From Takakia lepidozioides (taxonomy: Eukaryota > Plantae > Bryophyta), in the NCBI GenBank assembly GCA_030704615.1, contig CM060733.1:25730001-25794000 (forward strand): 64,000 nt of DNA, written 5' to 3'. Positions within the stretch are counted from its first letter, which is position 1. Each line of letters begins with the position of its first letter. The notes beneath the pieces were generated by a model. It was not told the origin of the DNA, made no database searches, and worked only from the letters and a program-made list of their open reading frames with translations. Below are positions 13,501 through 23,709 of this stretch, in pieces. A program made the position numbers and the translations under genes.

Positions 13501-14932
13501 ACCTGACCAGGTCACATTTGTCTGCGTTGTCAATGCTTGTGCTAGCCTGGGAGCCCTGGAGAAGGGGAAAGAGTTCCATGCTGACATCATGAAAGCTGGA
13601 ATTGTGCCAGACGTCATTTTGGACACTGCCCTTGTCGACATGTATGCCAAATGTGGAAGCATTAAGGATGCTAATTGGGTGTTTAACAATATGGCTGAAC
13701 GAAATGTGGTCTCATGGAGTGCGATGATTGCAGGATATGCCCAGCATGGGTTTGGTAGGGAGGCTTTGGAGACCTATGAGCAGATGATGCGGAGAAAAGT
13801 GATCCCCAATAATCTGACATTTGTTTGTGTTCTCAATGCTTGTGCCAGCTTGGCAGCCCTGGAGAAGGGCAAAGAGATCCATTGCGACTTCATGAAATCT
13901 GGAATTATGCCAGATATCATTCTGGAAAATGCCATGGTCGACATGTATGCCAAATGCGGGAGCATAAATGATGCAAATCGGGTGTTTCAGAATATGGCGC
14001 AACGAGATGTGGTCACATGGAATGCAATGATTGCTGGATATGCCCAGCATGGGTATGGTAGGAAAGCTCTGGATGTATTTAAACAAATGCAGACAGAAGG
14101 GTTGAAGCCTGATGGTATTAGCTTTGTATGTGTTCTCTCTGCATGCAGCCATGTGGGCCTAGTGGATGAAGGCAGACACTACTGGGATTCCCTGACTCGA
14201 AATTATGGCCTCATTCCTACAAGGGAGCATTTTGGCTGCATGGTGGACCTTCTTGGCCGTGCAGGGCACTTGGATGAGGCAGAGGACCTCATTAACAAAA
14301 TGCCAACCGAACCAGATGTTGTGGTGTGGAGAGCCTTGCTTGGTGCCTGCAAAATTCATGGCAATGTGGAGTTGGCAGAACGTGCAGCAAAATGCATTCT
14401 CAAGTGGGATCAACAGGATGCTGCAACTTACATCCTGCTGTCCAACATCTATGCTGCAGCTGGCAGGTGGGAGGATACTGCAACGGTGAGAAAAATGATG
14501 AAGGTCAGAGGTGTGCAGAAGGAGCCAGGTCGCAGCTACATTGAGGTCAACAACAAGGTGCATACATTCATTGTAGATGACAAAATGCATCCACAAATTG
14601 AGGAAGTTCATATGGAGCTGAGACGATTGTCTGGGTTGATGAAGGAGGCTGGGTATGTGCCTGACACGCGCTTTGTATTGCAAGATGTGGAGGAGGAGCA
14701 GAAGGAATTTTCTCTGTGTCACCACAGTGAGAAGCTGGCCATTGCTTTTGGGCTGATTAGCACATCCCCTGGGACGCCTCTCCGTGTCATCAAAAATCTT
14801 CGTGTGTGTGGTGACTGTCATACGGTCACCAAGTTCATCTCAAAGATTGTTAGGCGAGCAATTATTGTGCGGGATGCCAACCGTTTTCACCACTTTAAAG
14901 AAGGGGCATGTTCTTGTGGGGAGTACTGGTGA
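7511..14932 (+). CDS. PDF-motif/PLS-PPR/E/DYW RNA-editing factor (gene 2); exons 7511-7864 and 12014-14932, about 1090 aa, ends in EYW
   Basis: Six S1 motifs and an intact HSEKLA/CGDCH deaminase. Exon 1 ends KLWNEYFADPSQELDNRGNNK|gtgaat; acceptor gtgcag|AGC is in frame. The 4.1-kb intron contains a LINE. Confidence 0.9.
7963..11076 (+). mobile_element. 5'-truncated non-LTR retrotransposon (APE-RT-CCHC; RTE-X/L2-like, clade uncertain) in the gene 2 intron
   Basis: APE motifs GDFNARVG, VDYII, SDH; RT motifs QGCTLSPLLF and MFADD; C-terminal CPLC..E..HFLIHC. One stop (9331) and two frameshifts. Flanked by tctctctc on both sides. Confidence 0.9.
11381..11614 (+). CDS. Duplicated second-half-PDF exon, candidate alternative terminal exon of gene 2
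   Basis: Same gggatggagtgcgggtgcag| acceptor context as the PPR exons. Encodes LLRRGPHFKQKSINQAMWSDNYKKP... and the frame is also open in the paralog at 629-384. Confidence 0.5.
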   Translation, partial: LLRRGPHFKQKSINQAMWSDNYKKPDVLERLDAAAGNYHATRLRTCGECLCSLAYLGLFHPPPHGIGDNCEFAPSAL

Positions 14933-14949
14933 AACAAGCAACATGCATT

Positions 14950-15290
14950 TCACCGTACGATGTTTACCATAGCCTTGTGGCCATTGACCCCCCGCTCAGT
15001 TGAGCGAAACACAAAGGGACAGAAACTACCTTTGTTGAGCTGACAACTGTAGTATGACTTACCTTGGAACAGACAAATGATCTGAGTTTTCCAGATATCC
15101 TCTAGAAATCCCTTTACACAAGCATCAATCTGCTGTGTGTGATTTGCCCAATAACTAGGCCCCAAAAGGGCCTGGGCTTTTTGCTCAACCTCACGATTTT
15201 CAAAGTTGGTAAACAGAGGTACATGCACAAATCCGTTGATCGATTTGAAGAGGGCGTCTCTCTGGTGAGAGTACCCAAGACGATGAATCT
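14950..15290 (-). mobile_element. 3' fragment of the same LINE family, antisense, just after the gene 2 stop
   Basis: HQRDALFKSI...ANHTQQIDACVKGFLEDIWKT...GVNGHKA matches 10730-11065. Confidence 0.9.
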
Positions 15291-16239
15291 GAAAATGAAT
15301 ATGCAACATGCATTGAAGGTGGACAAGAAGGAATTTCTGTTACCTCAAACATGAGCAGGCAGATGCCATAATCTGTGCTTAATTATGTAATTAAAATGCC
15401 TGACAAGCATTCTGGTCTGATTTCCTTCCTCTTCCGTTCATTGCTTCTTCCGACTATCTTTCCTTGATGATCTGTCCTCTTGCCTTTGTTTAGCTATTTC
15501 ACTTCATCTGTGTTTGTCTGAAGTGTGGCATTGATGTAGGTGTATGATAAGCAAAGAGTGAAGCTGAAAGAAATGATTTGTGTGGGTTGATGTGACAATA
15601 CTGCTCTTTCTGTCAGCAGCCCAAGGTGTTAATGAGTTTCAGAAACATGAAGTGTTACTTTTGACCTTTTCATGGATATGCAATATCACCACAAATGTGA
15701 ACATCGTAGTTTGGGCTGCTTGAATGTAGACTCTGCTTGGTTCAAAGCATTGAACAAGGACAGCATATGTAGAGCAGCTCAGTGAGGTGTTCCAATGTCA
15801 AACCCTTCCCACAGAGAACAAGGCTGCAGCCAGCAGCCATGGAAAGCAAGCTATGGAGACCAGAAGAAGAACACGGAGCGAGGGGCAAATATGAGTTTCA
15901 ATATGAGGACCCTTGGCAGCACCCTTGTGGAAGAAGCTCTTATACACTGGTTCTCCATCTCTCTTGGCTCCATGTAAGGCTGTTCACTTTTATAATATCT
16001 GACCTGAATATGCTTCTTGACAATGAGCATATCTTTCCTCCCACATCGCCCACGGCATGAGGTCCACCCATGGCTGATGCCACCCAAGTAAACAAGCTAT
16101 CTAAGAGAAAGTACAAGTGACACAGTGATATGCAAACCGTTAGAAGTACTGTGGCCAATTTGATCTCCTCAAGAGAGAGCTCTCTACCGACAAGCCAGCC
16201 GATTTAATCTGCATGGTATCACTGTCCTCGGTTACTACA

Positions 16240-16630
16240 TGGCACTGTGGCAGTCCCCACACACCCAAAGCCACATCATGTAATGCAAAGCGAGTGTCAG
16301 GCACATGCCCGGCCTCCTTCATCAGCTCAGCATGGACTTCCTTAATCTGTGGATGGGACTCGTCTTCGACGACAAATGTATGCACACTCTTGTCAATCTC
16401 AATCCAACTGTGCCCTGGTTCTTTTTTAACACCTGTATCCTCCATCAATTGTCTCACCTTTGCTTTATCATCCCATCTGCCTAGATGTTTGCTAACAGCA
16501 CATAAGCTCAAGCATACTGACCCTCTTGAGATTGCTTTTTGCTGCACGTTCTCATCGCCATGACTTCGTCAGGCCCAAGCAAGTCCACACTCCAGCATCT
16601 GGTTTCTTTGATATTTTGTTGATGAAATCC
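16240..16630 (-). pseudogene. Degraded E/DYW fragment of a PPR gene
   Basis: GRWDDKAKVRQLMEDTGVKKEPGHSWIE...AGHVPDTRFALHDV, followed by a CGDCH remnant with deletions. Confidence 0.85.
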
Positions 16631-16750
16631 TCTGCCTAACCACATGGCCAAAACATCCTTTCCCCGCACAGTAACAAAAGGCATGGTTGCATGCTAGCCA
16701 TATTTAACATATCACACTTAATGTTCCCTTCTCCAACCTATGATTTAACT

Positions 16751-18540
16751 GGAAGATAATAGGAATAATGTAAGAACTTAATGCACACGTGCAACCTCTG
16801 ACAAGATGGTACGCCGGTTTCCGGCATGTCAATCTTCCCCACCCTCTCTTGAGAGTGACATGGAACTGAAGGAGTGTAAACTCCAGTCGGGGTTACATTG
16901 GGTTACACAACGAGGTGTGTAACTCCACTTGGGGTTACATTGGGTTACACGACGAGGTGTGTAACTCCACTCGGGGTTATAAAGACGTAAACAACACAAC
17001 TGCTTGCATCACACCACCAGGCATAAAGAGGTCAACAACAGATTCTGAACGTGAAAAGCAAACCAGACACTTAATCACATCCCACAAGCACTGACATCAT
17101 CTATATGTAAGTACAGAGTACCAACTCCAACCCCTGCACTCAACATGTCTGACATCTACTGTGTTGTTCCAAGGGCTTTCCTTTCCACAGATGGGTGACC
17201 TATCCTAACAGGATGCTTAATCAGACAGAAAGTCTTTAAAAGTCAGTATTAGCCTGTGTCCTTGTACCAGGAACATTCCAGCCTTGCAAGGTTTTCAGGA
17301 CAACACCATGGACTAGCTCACAACAATGGTGCCTGCATACTGTACTGGATTTTCAAGACCATGGTGTCTGCAAGACCAGTCAAAAACCCATTCCACCTGT
17401 CTGATGAAGCATGGCATCAATTTCATCACCGTCCTCCATGTCAAGCTGCCACACCCAATTAATCATCAGTCTCATGCAACACGTCACAAGCACATCAAGG
17501 CCGTCATTTACCCATCACAGGTCCAATCCAAACAGCAGCCCTAACAGCCACTTTTGGCAAGACCAGACATTTCAAAGACTAATAATCTTACACATATACC
17601 ACTTTTAGCAGCTCAATGAGAATCCTGCCAGCTTTGGAAGAACACAGAAGATAAAGGAGCGAGAATAACCTCGGCAGGGGTCTGCTCAGCGCGAAGGCGT
17701 CTGCCACAGAAACGGAAGGCAATAGGGTTGGGATCAACTGACTGACGGTCGCAGTATGCATGCATCAGCTTTCGAAGTGTGGCTGTGCTCTTAATCCTGA
17801 AAAAAACCTCCCCACCATCCTACACATTGCAGCATCTTCGGCCATCCGTTACGAAATTACCACAATTCTCGCAGCTTTCTTCACGTCTTCCCCCCCTTCC
17901 CAACTCAAACTCTCCTCATGTTCAAAATATTCGTAAAGTGTTTCGCACACGTCTTTTCAAGACGAATGTACTTCTTCCTCTCTGAGTTGACATCCACATT
18001 CCTTTGAAGTTTCAGGAAACAGAAACTTTCCCGGCTTCAAGCAAAAACCCTGAAGACGACGAAGAATACATCCCTACGTAAACCATTCTCTACGATCCAT
18101 CTCAATTCCATCAACCTAACGACTTCAAGCCCAAAACAACCCATACAAAAATGCCACGGGCTTCCATACCTGAACCTTCACTTTCAGATTAATGTGACCT
18201 CCCCCCTCCAAAGGGTCCTCCTCGTCCTCGTTGTGAATTGCTCCTTGGTGCTATCCTCCAAGCACAGAGACACGTAAACACAAATGAAGACAGCGAGCGA
18301 GAAAGAAGCGGCAGCGCGTGAGTGCGGTGATTTCGGGCATTTCGGGCAGGGTCCAAAACAAATTGACGTTGATGACGTGGCTACGATGCGTGGAATTATG
18401 GAAATAGTGAAATAGTGGAAACGAGGTAAGAGGGGGTGGGGTGGATTTGACAGGGGCCTGCCGGAGGAGCCCAAGCTGCTGGAATCCGGTGAAGTACAGT
18501 CAGATCACACGCGTCCATTAAGTTCTTACATTATTCTTCC
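16751..18540. mobile_element. Non-autonomous Mutator-like element (MULE)
   Basis: TIRs ggaagataataggaataatgtaagaacttaatg and cattaagttcttacattattcttcc. Exact 9-bp TSD gatttaact at 16742-16750 and 18541-18549. Three subterminal ~41-bp repeats at 16874-16980. Confidence 0.85.
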
Positions 18541-19833
18541 GATTTAACTGGTGCTTTACCATCTGGCTCTTCCCACCAGAGCCCAGAAGGATGAACTTGG
18601 AACACTTCCACATGGATACTTAGAGATGGTGGCTGGCTGGAGATTTAGTTTCCAAGCTTGCCAATCTGTTTGCATACCAAATTCTGACACGCTGATGGGT
18701 TGGCGTTGGCATTTCAGAACGTGAACTGATTACGACCATTGTTTGTAGATGATGCCAAAATTTCCATTTCCAGTCACGAAGCCGACAACCGCCGACTACT
18801 TGCAATGTGTGAGCAAAGACGGAAGGCCGCGACATTCTGAGAATTTTGGGATCCGCTTGACAGCCCTTCATGGATTGAGGGCCTGGTGGCTGCGGATTGT
18901 TGAGAAGGTAGACAGGGCACTAATGAATTGTGGGTGATGCTTTGTAAGACCTTCTGAATCGGAGCTAGATGGATGCCGAAGGCAACGATCGTGGGAGGCT
19001 AGTTGTTTCCCAGGATTGTACTTCTGTAGCTGGCTTGTGTGGGTTGTTGTTGGGAAAGAGACGAGGTTAGTAAGGTTGGCATTGCGTGGGAAGACGGTGA
19101 CATTCTTCATTGTTTTTCTTTTGAGCTTGTCGGCCTTCCCTCCGCCACTTACCATTTCGAGATGGGGTCGGTATGGTTGTCCTCAGTCAGTCCCTGGCAG
19201 CCCGTGTGTTCGTGTTGCGTGTCACATTTCTGACTGCTTGTTGTGACTTCTCAAACTCTGCGAGATCTCAAAGATGAAATTACTGTCAGACATCTCTGCC
19301 AGTGTCAAATCTGGATGCAGACATTGCTGTAAGGGTCCAACTGGACCATTCCCCTCTAGCCCTCTATCCTATCATGCTAATCAAATGACCACAAGAGGTT
19401 TTTTTGGTCTTCCTCCCTGCTATCTCTTCTCTTTTCCTGATTCCCAAAGACAGTGCAAAGTTTCCCTCGCAAGCACTAGACATTTCTAAACATGTGCATT
19501 TTCATGTTGAGTTCTGCAGGTTGGCTCCTTGGGTGGATATATGGTGGTCTTAAGTGACATGTTACTGCCGATGTGGCAGTTGAATGCCTGTTGAATTACA
19601 GAGAGAAGCAGAGACAAGTTTGTACAGAGACAAGTTGCATCGCAAAGCTTTCTTGAAAATTCTCATCCTCTCTCCCCAGCACATTTTGGAAGTCTTGGGA
19701 GTAATCCAGCCTAGGAACTAGTCTGTGACAAATAGGTTGGGGTGTTTGCTAGACAAATTTAGGTTGTCATTGTTGGCTGCCACCAGCAGAGGGAGGATCT
19801 ATGCATTATTGGTGCTGAGCTGAAGGAGCAGGG

Positions 19834-22467
19834 ATGGAGTGCGGGTCCAGATTCATCGGAGGGCCAGATTTCAAGCACAAGATTACTTGTGAATCCCTGT
19901 GGATTGATAGCAATAAGAAACCTGCATGGGTAGATGGTCAACTGGAAGCAGCAGCAGCAGCACAGGTGATAAAATCAGGCACCGCCGCCATGACCACAGC
20001 TTCCAAAAGAGGACCAAGAGAGGGAATGCATAATACCTCTTCTGGCGCTTCTGGGTATGTGCGGATGCTATGTGAGGCAGGGCAACTGAAAGAGGCTCTA
20101 CAGATTCTAAACAAGGGAAGCATTTCAGCAGATTCAGATACTTATGTCTGTCTCTTGCGTAAGTGCATCCAGATGAAAAACCTGGAAGCCGGAAAGCAGG
20201 TGCATGCTCACATCATCCAAAGCAGATCCAAGCCAAATGTTTTTCTACACAACACGCTTGTCAACATGTATGTCAAGTGTGGGAGTATTGTCAATGCACA
20301 CCAGGTGTTCAACAAAATGCCTGAACGCGGTGTGATCACATGGAATATTATGATGACAGGATTTAACAAGCATGGGTGTGAGAAGAATGTTTTGGAGACA
20401 TATGAGCAAATGATAGGGGCAGGTGTGAAGCCCAACCACATCACATTTGTTTGTGTTTGCAACGCATGTGCGAGCCTGGCAGCCCTCGAAAAGGGCAAAG
20501 AGGTCCATGGTGACATCATCAAAGCAGGAATTGTACCAGATGTCATTCTGAACAATACCCTGGTGGACATGTATGCCAAAGGCGGGAGCATCAAGGATGC
20601 AAAGGGAGTATTCGACAATATGGCTGAACGAAATGTGGTGTCCTGGAGCACAATGATCGCAGGATATGCCCAGCATGGGTGCGGGATGGAGGCTTTGGAG
20701 ACATATGAGCAAATGATGCGAGAAGGGGTGAAGCCCAACCAGGTTACGTTTGTTTGCGTTTGCAATGCGTGCGCGAGCCTGGCAGCCCTGGAAAAGAGCA
20801 AAGAAGTCCATGGTGACATCATCAAAGCAGGTATTGTACCAGATGTCATTCTGAACAATACCCTGGTGGACATGTATGCCAAAGGCGGGAGTATCAAGGA
20901 TGCAAAGGGAGTTTTCGACAATATGGCTGAAAGAAATGTGGTGTCCTGGAGCACAATGATTGCAGGATATGCCGAGCATGGGTGCGGGAGGGAGGCTTTG
21001 GAGACATATGAGCAAATGATGTGGGAAGGGGTGAAGCCCAACCGGGTCACGTTCGTTTGTGTTTGCAATGCGTGTGCGAGCCTGGCAGCTCTAGAAAAGG
21101 GCAAAGAAGTCCATGGTGACATCATCAAAGCAGGAATTGTACCAGATGTCATTCTGAACACTGCACTGGTGGATATGTATGCAAAATGTGACAGCATCGA
21201 GGATGCAAAGGGAGTGTTTGATGAAATGGCTGAACGAAATGTGGTGTCCTGGAACGCGATGATTGCAGGATATGCTCAGCATGGGTACGGGATGGAGGCT
21301 TTGGAGACCTATGAGCAAATGATAAGGGAAGGGGTGAAGCCCGATCGGGTCACATTCGTTTGCATTTGCAATGCGTGTGCGAGCCTGGCAGCCCTGGAAA
21401 AGGCCAAAGAGGTCCATGGTGACATCATCAAAGCAGGAATTGTACCAGATGTCATTCTGAACAATACCCTGGTGGACATGTATGCCAAAGGCGGGAGCAT
21501 CAAGGATGCAAAGGGAGTGTTTGACGAAATGACAGAACGAGATATGGTGTCCTGGAGCGCGATGATCGCAGGATATGGCCAGCATGGTTGTCATAGGGAG
21601 GCTCTGCAACTATTTGAAGGAATGCAAAAGGAAGGCTTCAAGCCGGGTAGTATCACCTTTATATGTGTTCTCTCTGCATGCAGCCACGTTGGTCTACTGG
21701 ATGAAGGAAGACGCTACTTTGATTCCCTGAGTCAAGATCATGGTATCACTCCGACAGCAAAGCACTTTGGCTGCATGGTGGACCTTCTTGGACGTGCGGG
21801 GCGATTGGATGAGGCGGAGGACCTCATCAATAAAATGCCAATTAAACCAGATGCTGTGGTGTGGAAGGCCTTGCTTGGTGCCTGCAGAATCCATGGCAAT
21901 GTGGAGATGGCTGAACGGGCGGCAACATCTATTCTCAAGTGGGATGAACAGGATGCCGCAACTTATGTGCTGCTATCAAACATTTATGCCGCAGCTGGCA
22001 GGTGGGATGATACTGCAAGGGTGAGAAAAATGATGAAAGTCAGAGGGGTTAGAAAGGAGCCAGGTCACTGCTGCATTGAGGTCGGCAACAGGGTGCACAC
22101 CTTTGGTGTAGATGACAAATTGCATCCCAAAATTGAGGAAATCCATGCTGAGCTGAGAAGATTGTCTGGGCAGATGAAGGCGGCAGGGTATGTGCCTGAC
22201 ACGCGCTTTGTATTGCATGATGTGGGAGAGGAGCAAAAGGAATTTTCTCTTTGCCTCCACGGTGAGAAGCTGGCCATTGGTTTTGGACTGATCAGCACTG
22301 CCCCTGGGATGCCTCTCCGTCTGATCAAGAATCTTCGGGTGTGTGGTGACTGCCACACCGCCACCAAGTTCATCTCAAAGATTGTTGGCAGAGCAATTGT
22401 GGTAAGGGACGCTAACCGGTTTCACCACTTTGAAGATGGGGTTTGTTCTTGTGGGGATTACTGGTGA
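19834..22467 (+). CDS. PLS-PPR/E/DYW RNA-editing factor (gene 3), 877 aa; only the second half of the PDF motif; HGE variant of the zinc motif
   Basis: Five S1 motifs; N-terminal GPDFKHK...LWID...PAWVDGQL; LHGEKLAIGFG...CGDCH...DYW. Start codon uncertain. Confidence 0.9.
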   Translation: MECGSRFIGGPDFKHKITCESLWIDSNKKPAWVDGQLEAAAAAQVIKSGTAAMTTASKRGPREGMHNTSSGASGYVRMLCEAGQLKEALQILNKGSISADSDTYVCLLRKCIQMKNLEAGKQVHAHIIQSRSKPNVFLHNTLVNMYVKCGSIVNAHQVFNKMPERGVITWNIMMTGFNKHGCEKNVLETYEQMIGAGVKPNHITFVCVCNACASLAALEKGKEVHGDIIKAGIVPDVILNNTLVDMYAKGGSIKDAKGVFDNMAERNVVSWSTMIAGYAQHGCGMEALETYEQMMREGVKPNQVTFVCVCNACASLAALEKSKEVHGDIIKAGIVPDVILNNTLVDMYAKGGSIKDAKGVFDNMAERNVVSWSTMIAGYAEHGCGREALETYEQMMWEGVKPNRVTFVCVCNACASLAALEKGKEVHGDIIKAGIVPDVILNTALVDMYAKCDSIEDAKGVFDEMAERNVVSWNAMIAGYAQHGYGMEALETYEQMIREGVKPDRVTFVCICNACASLAALEKAKEVHGDIIKAGIVPDVILNNTLVDMYAKGGSIKDAKGVFDEMTERDMVSWSAMIAGYGQHGCHREALQLFEGMQKEGFKPGSITFICVLSACSHVGLLDEGRRYFDSLSQDHGITPTAKHFGCMVDLLGRAGRLDEAEDLINKMPIKPDAVVWKALLGACRIHGNVEMAERAATSILKWDEQDAATYVLLSNIYAAAGRWDDTARVRKMMKVRGVRKEPGHCCIEVGNRVHTFGVDDKLHPKIEEIHAELRRLSGQMKAAGYVPDTRFVLHDVGEEQKEFSLCLHGEKLAIGFGLISTAPGMPLRLIKNLRVCGDCHTATKFISKIVGRAIVVRDANRFHHFEDGVCSCGDYW

Positions 22468-23034
22468 AACAATTTTTTCCCTGGAGGGGGTGGAAGTGTC
22501 TTGCTTCATTCATGATCTGCATAGCTAACTCAGGAAAATCATATCAGACTCACATGTAGTCAGTTTCCAACTGACCCCCTTCGACTCAGTGTCTCTTAGG
22601 GACAACAATGGCACATGATGCAGTAAAGAGAACGAGAGAGGGGTACTGTATACTCTCTCCTGCTGTACAGGAACCTGCCATGCAGATCATTTTTCATTTT
22701 GGTGACATTGAGCCTGAAAATTCTGTAAGGTTGTCTCAAGTAAACTGCTTTGCAATTGGTGAATGTTAGTCCAAATATAGGATTGCTGTACTAATCTTGC
22801 CAGCTCGAGGTGTCCACCTTCATGTGTCTCTATTCACAACCTAGGTTTCCCCAAGACATATAATGGGTTGTGGGTTCAGTGTTCAGTCAAATGAAAAGGG
22901 ATTTTCGTCCACCTCAAGAAAGGCCTGAATTGGAAACGATTGCTCCCAGTGTACACAGATACGGTAAATCACTCATATCACTTTTGTAGCCTATGACAGT
23001 ATCAGATTTTCTTAATTTTGTTCACCTATATCGC

Positions 23035-23100
23035 AAACCTGGAGGCGACAGCTCACAATTCAGGCCCTTACCAGAGGAGCGGGGGGAAATAAGACCCTTC
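23035..23100 (-). mobile_element. 3' fragment of the tRNA-derived SINE family
   Basis: aaacctggaggcgacagctcacaattcaggccctt matches the SINE 3' ends at 41330-41370 and 58520-58570. Confidence 0.55.
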
Positions 23101-23709
23101 CATGTAAGCCAGAAGACACAGCAGACACCATCCCCAGACAGCCACAAGAAACAGATCCAGTATCAGATATAAGAGTTACCCGGAAATTCCATCAACTAAG
23201 CTCAACTCGACCCACTTCAAGGCGAAACTCGTGTCCAAGGCATTTTGGTTGGATTCAACTCGGGTCCAAACTCAAAACACCTGCCCAAATGCATGTACAG
23301 GGAGTTTTGTTGTGATAGGGATCTGGACAAGTGAGAGGCCCCAACATAAAGCACCTCAAAATTTTCCATAGTATATTTCTATGGCGATTATCAGGTAGAA
23401 TAGCACGGCTATGGCGATCAATACATTCCATGGCGCGTAAAGCACATGGCTTTGTAAAAATTGGGCGTCCCCCTCCACCTTCTGCCACAAAGCTTCCCCA
23501 GTGTCGGCTCACAGAACATGCACACTTCTGTTTACTGGGGGCTTTGAGAGTTGGGTACGAGTGGATCTTTGTGGGTCTGCGAGATTTGCATGTTACACTG
23601 GGTTTGCAAGCAGTGCAAGAATAGAGATGAGGAGAAGATTTGGAAGAAACATTGTTATTGCAGGGACAATCAGGGCAGAAAGGTGGTGCTGGTGTTTGTT
23701 AAGTAATTT

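Noticed and set aside
16874-16980. Short tandem repeats here and at 52315-52500 as possible CRISPR-like arrays
   Set aside because: Eukaryotic context, no unique spacers, and both lie inside TIR elements.
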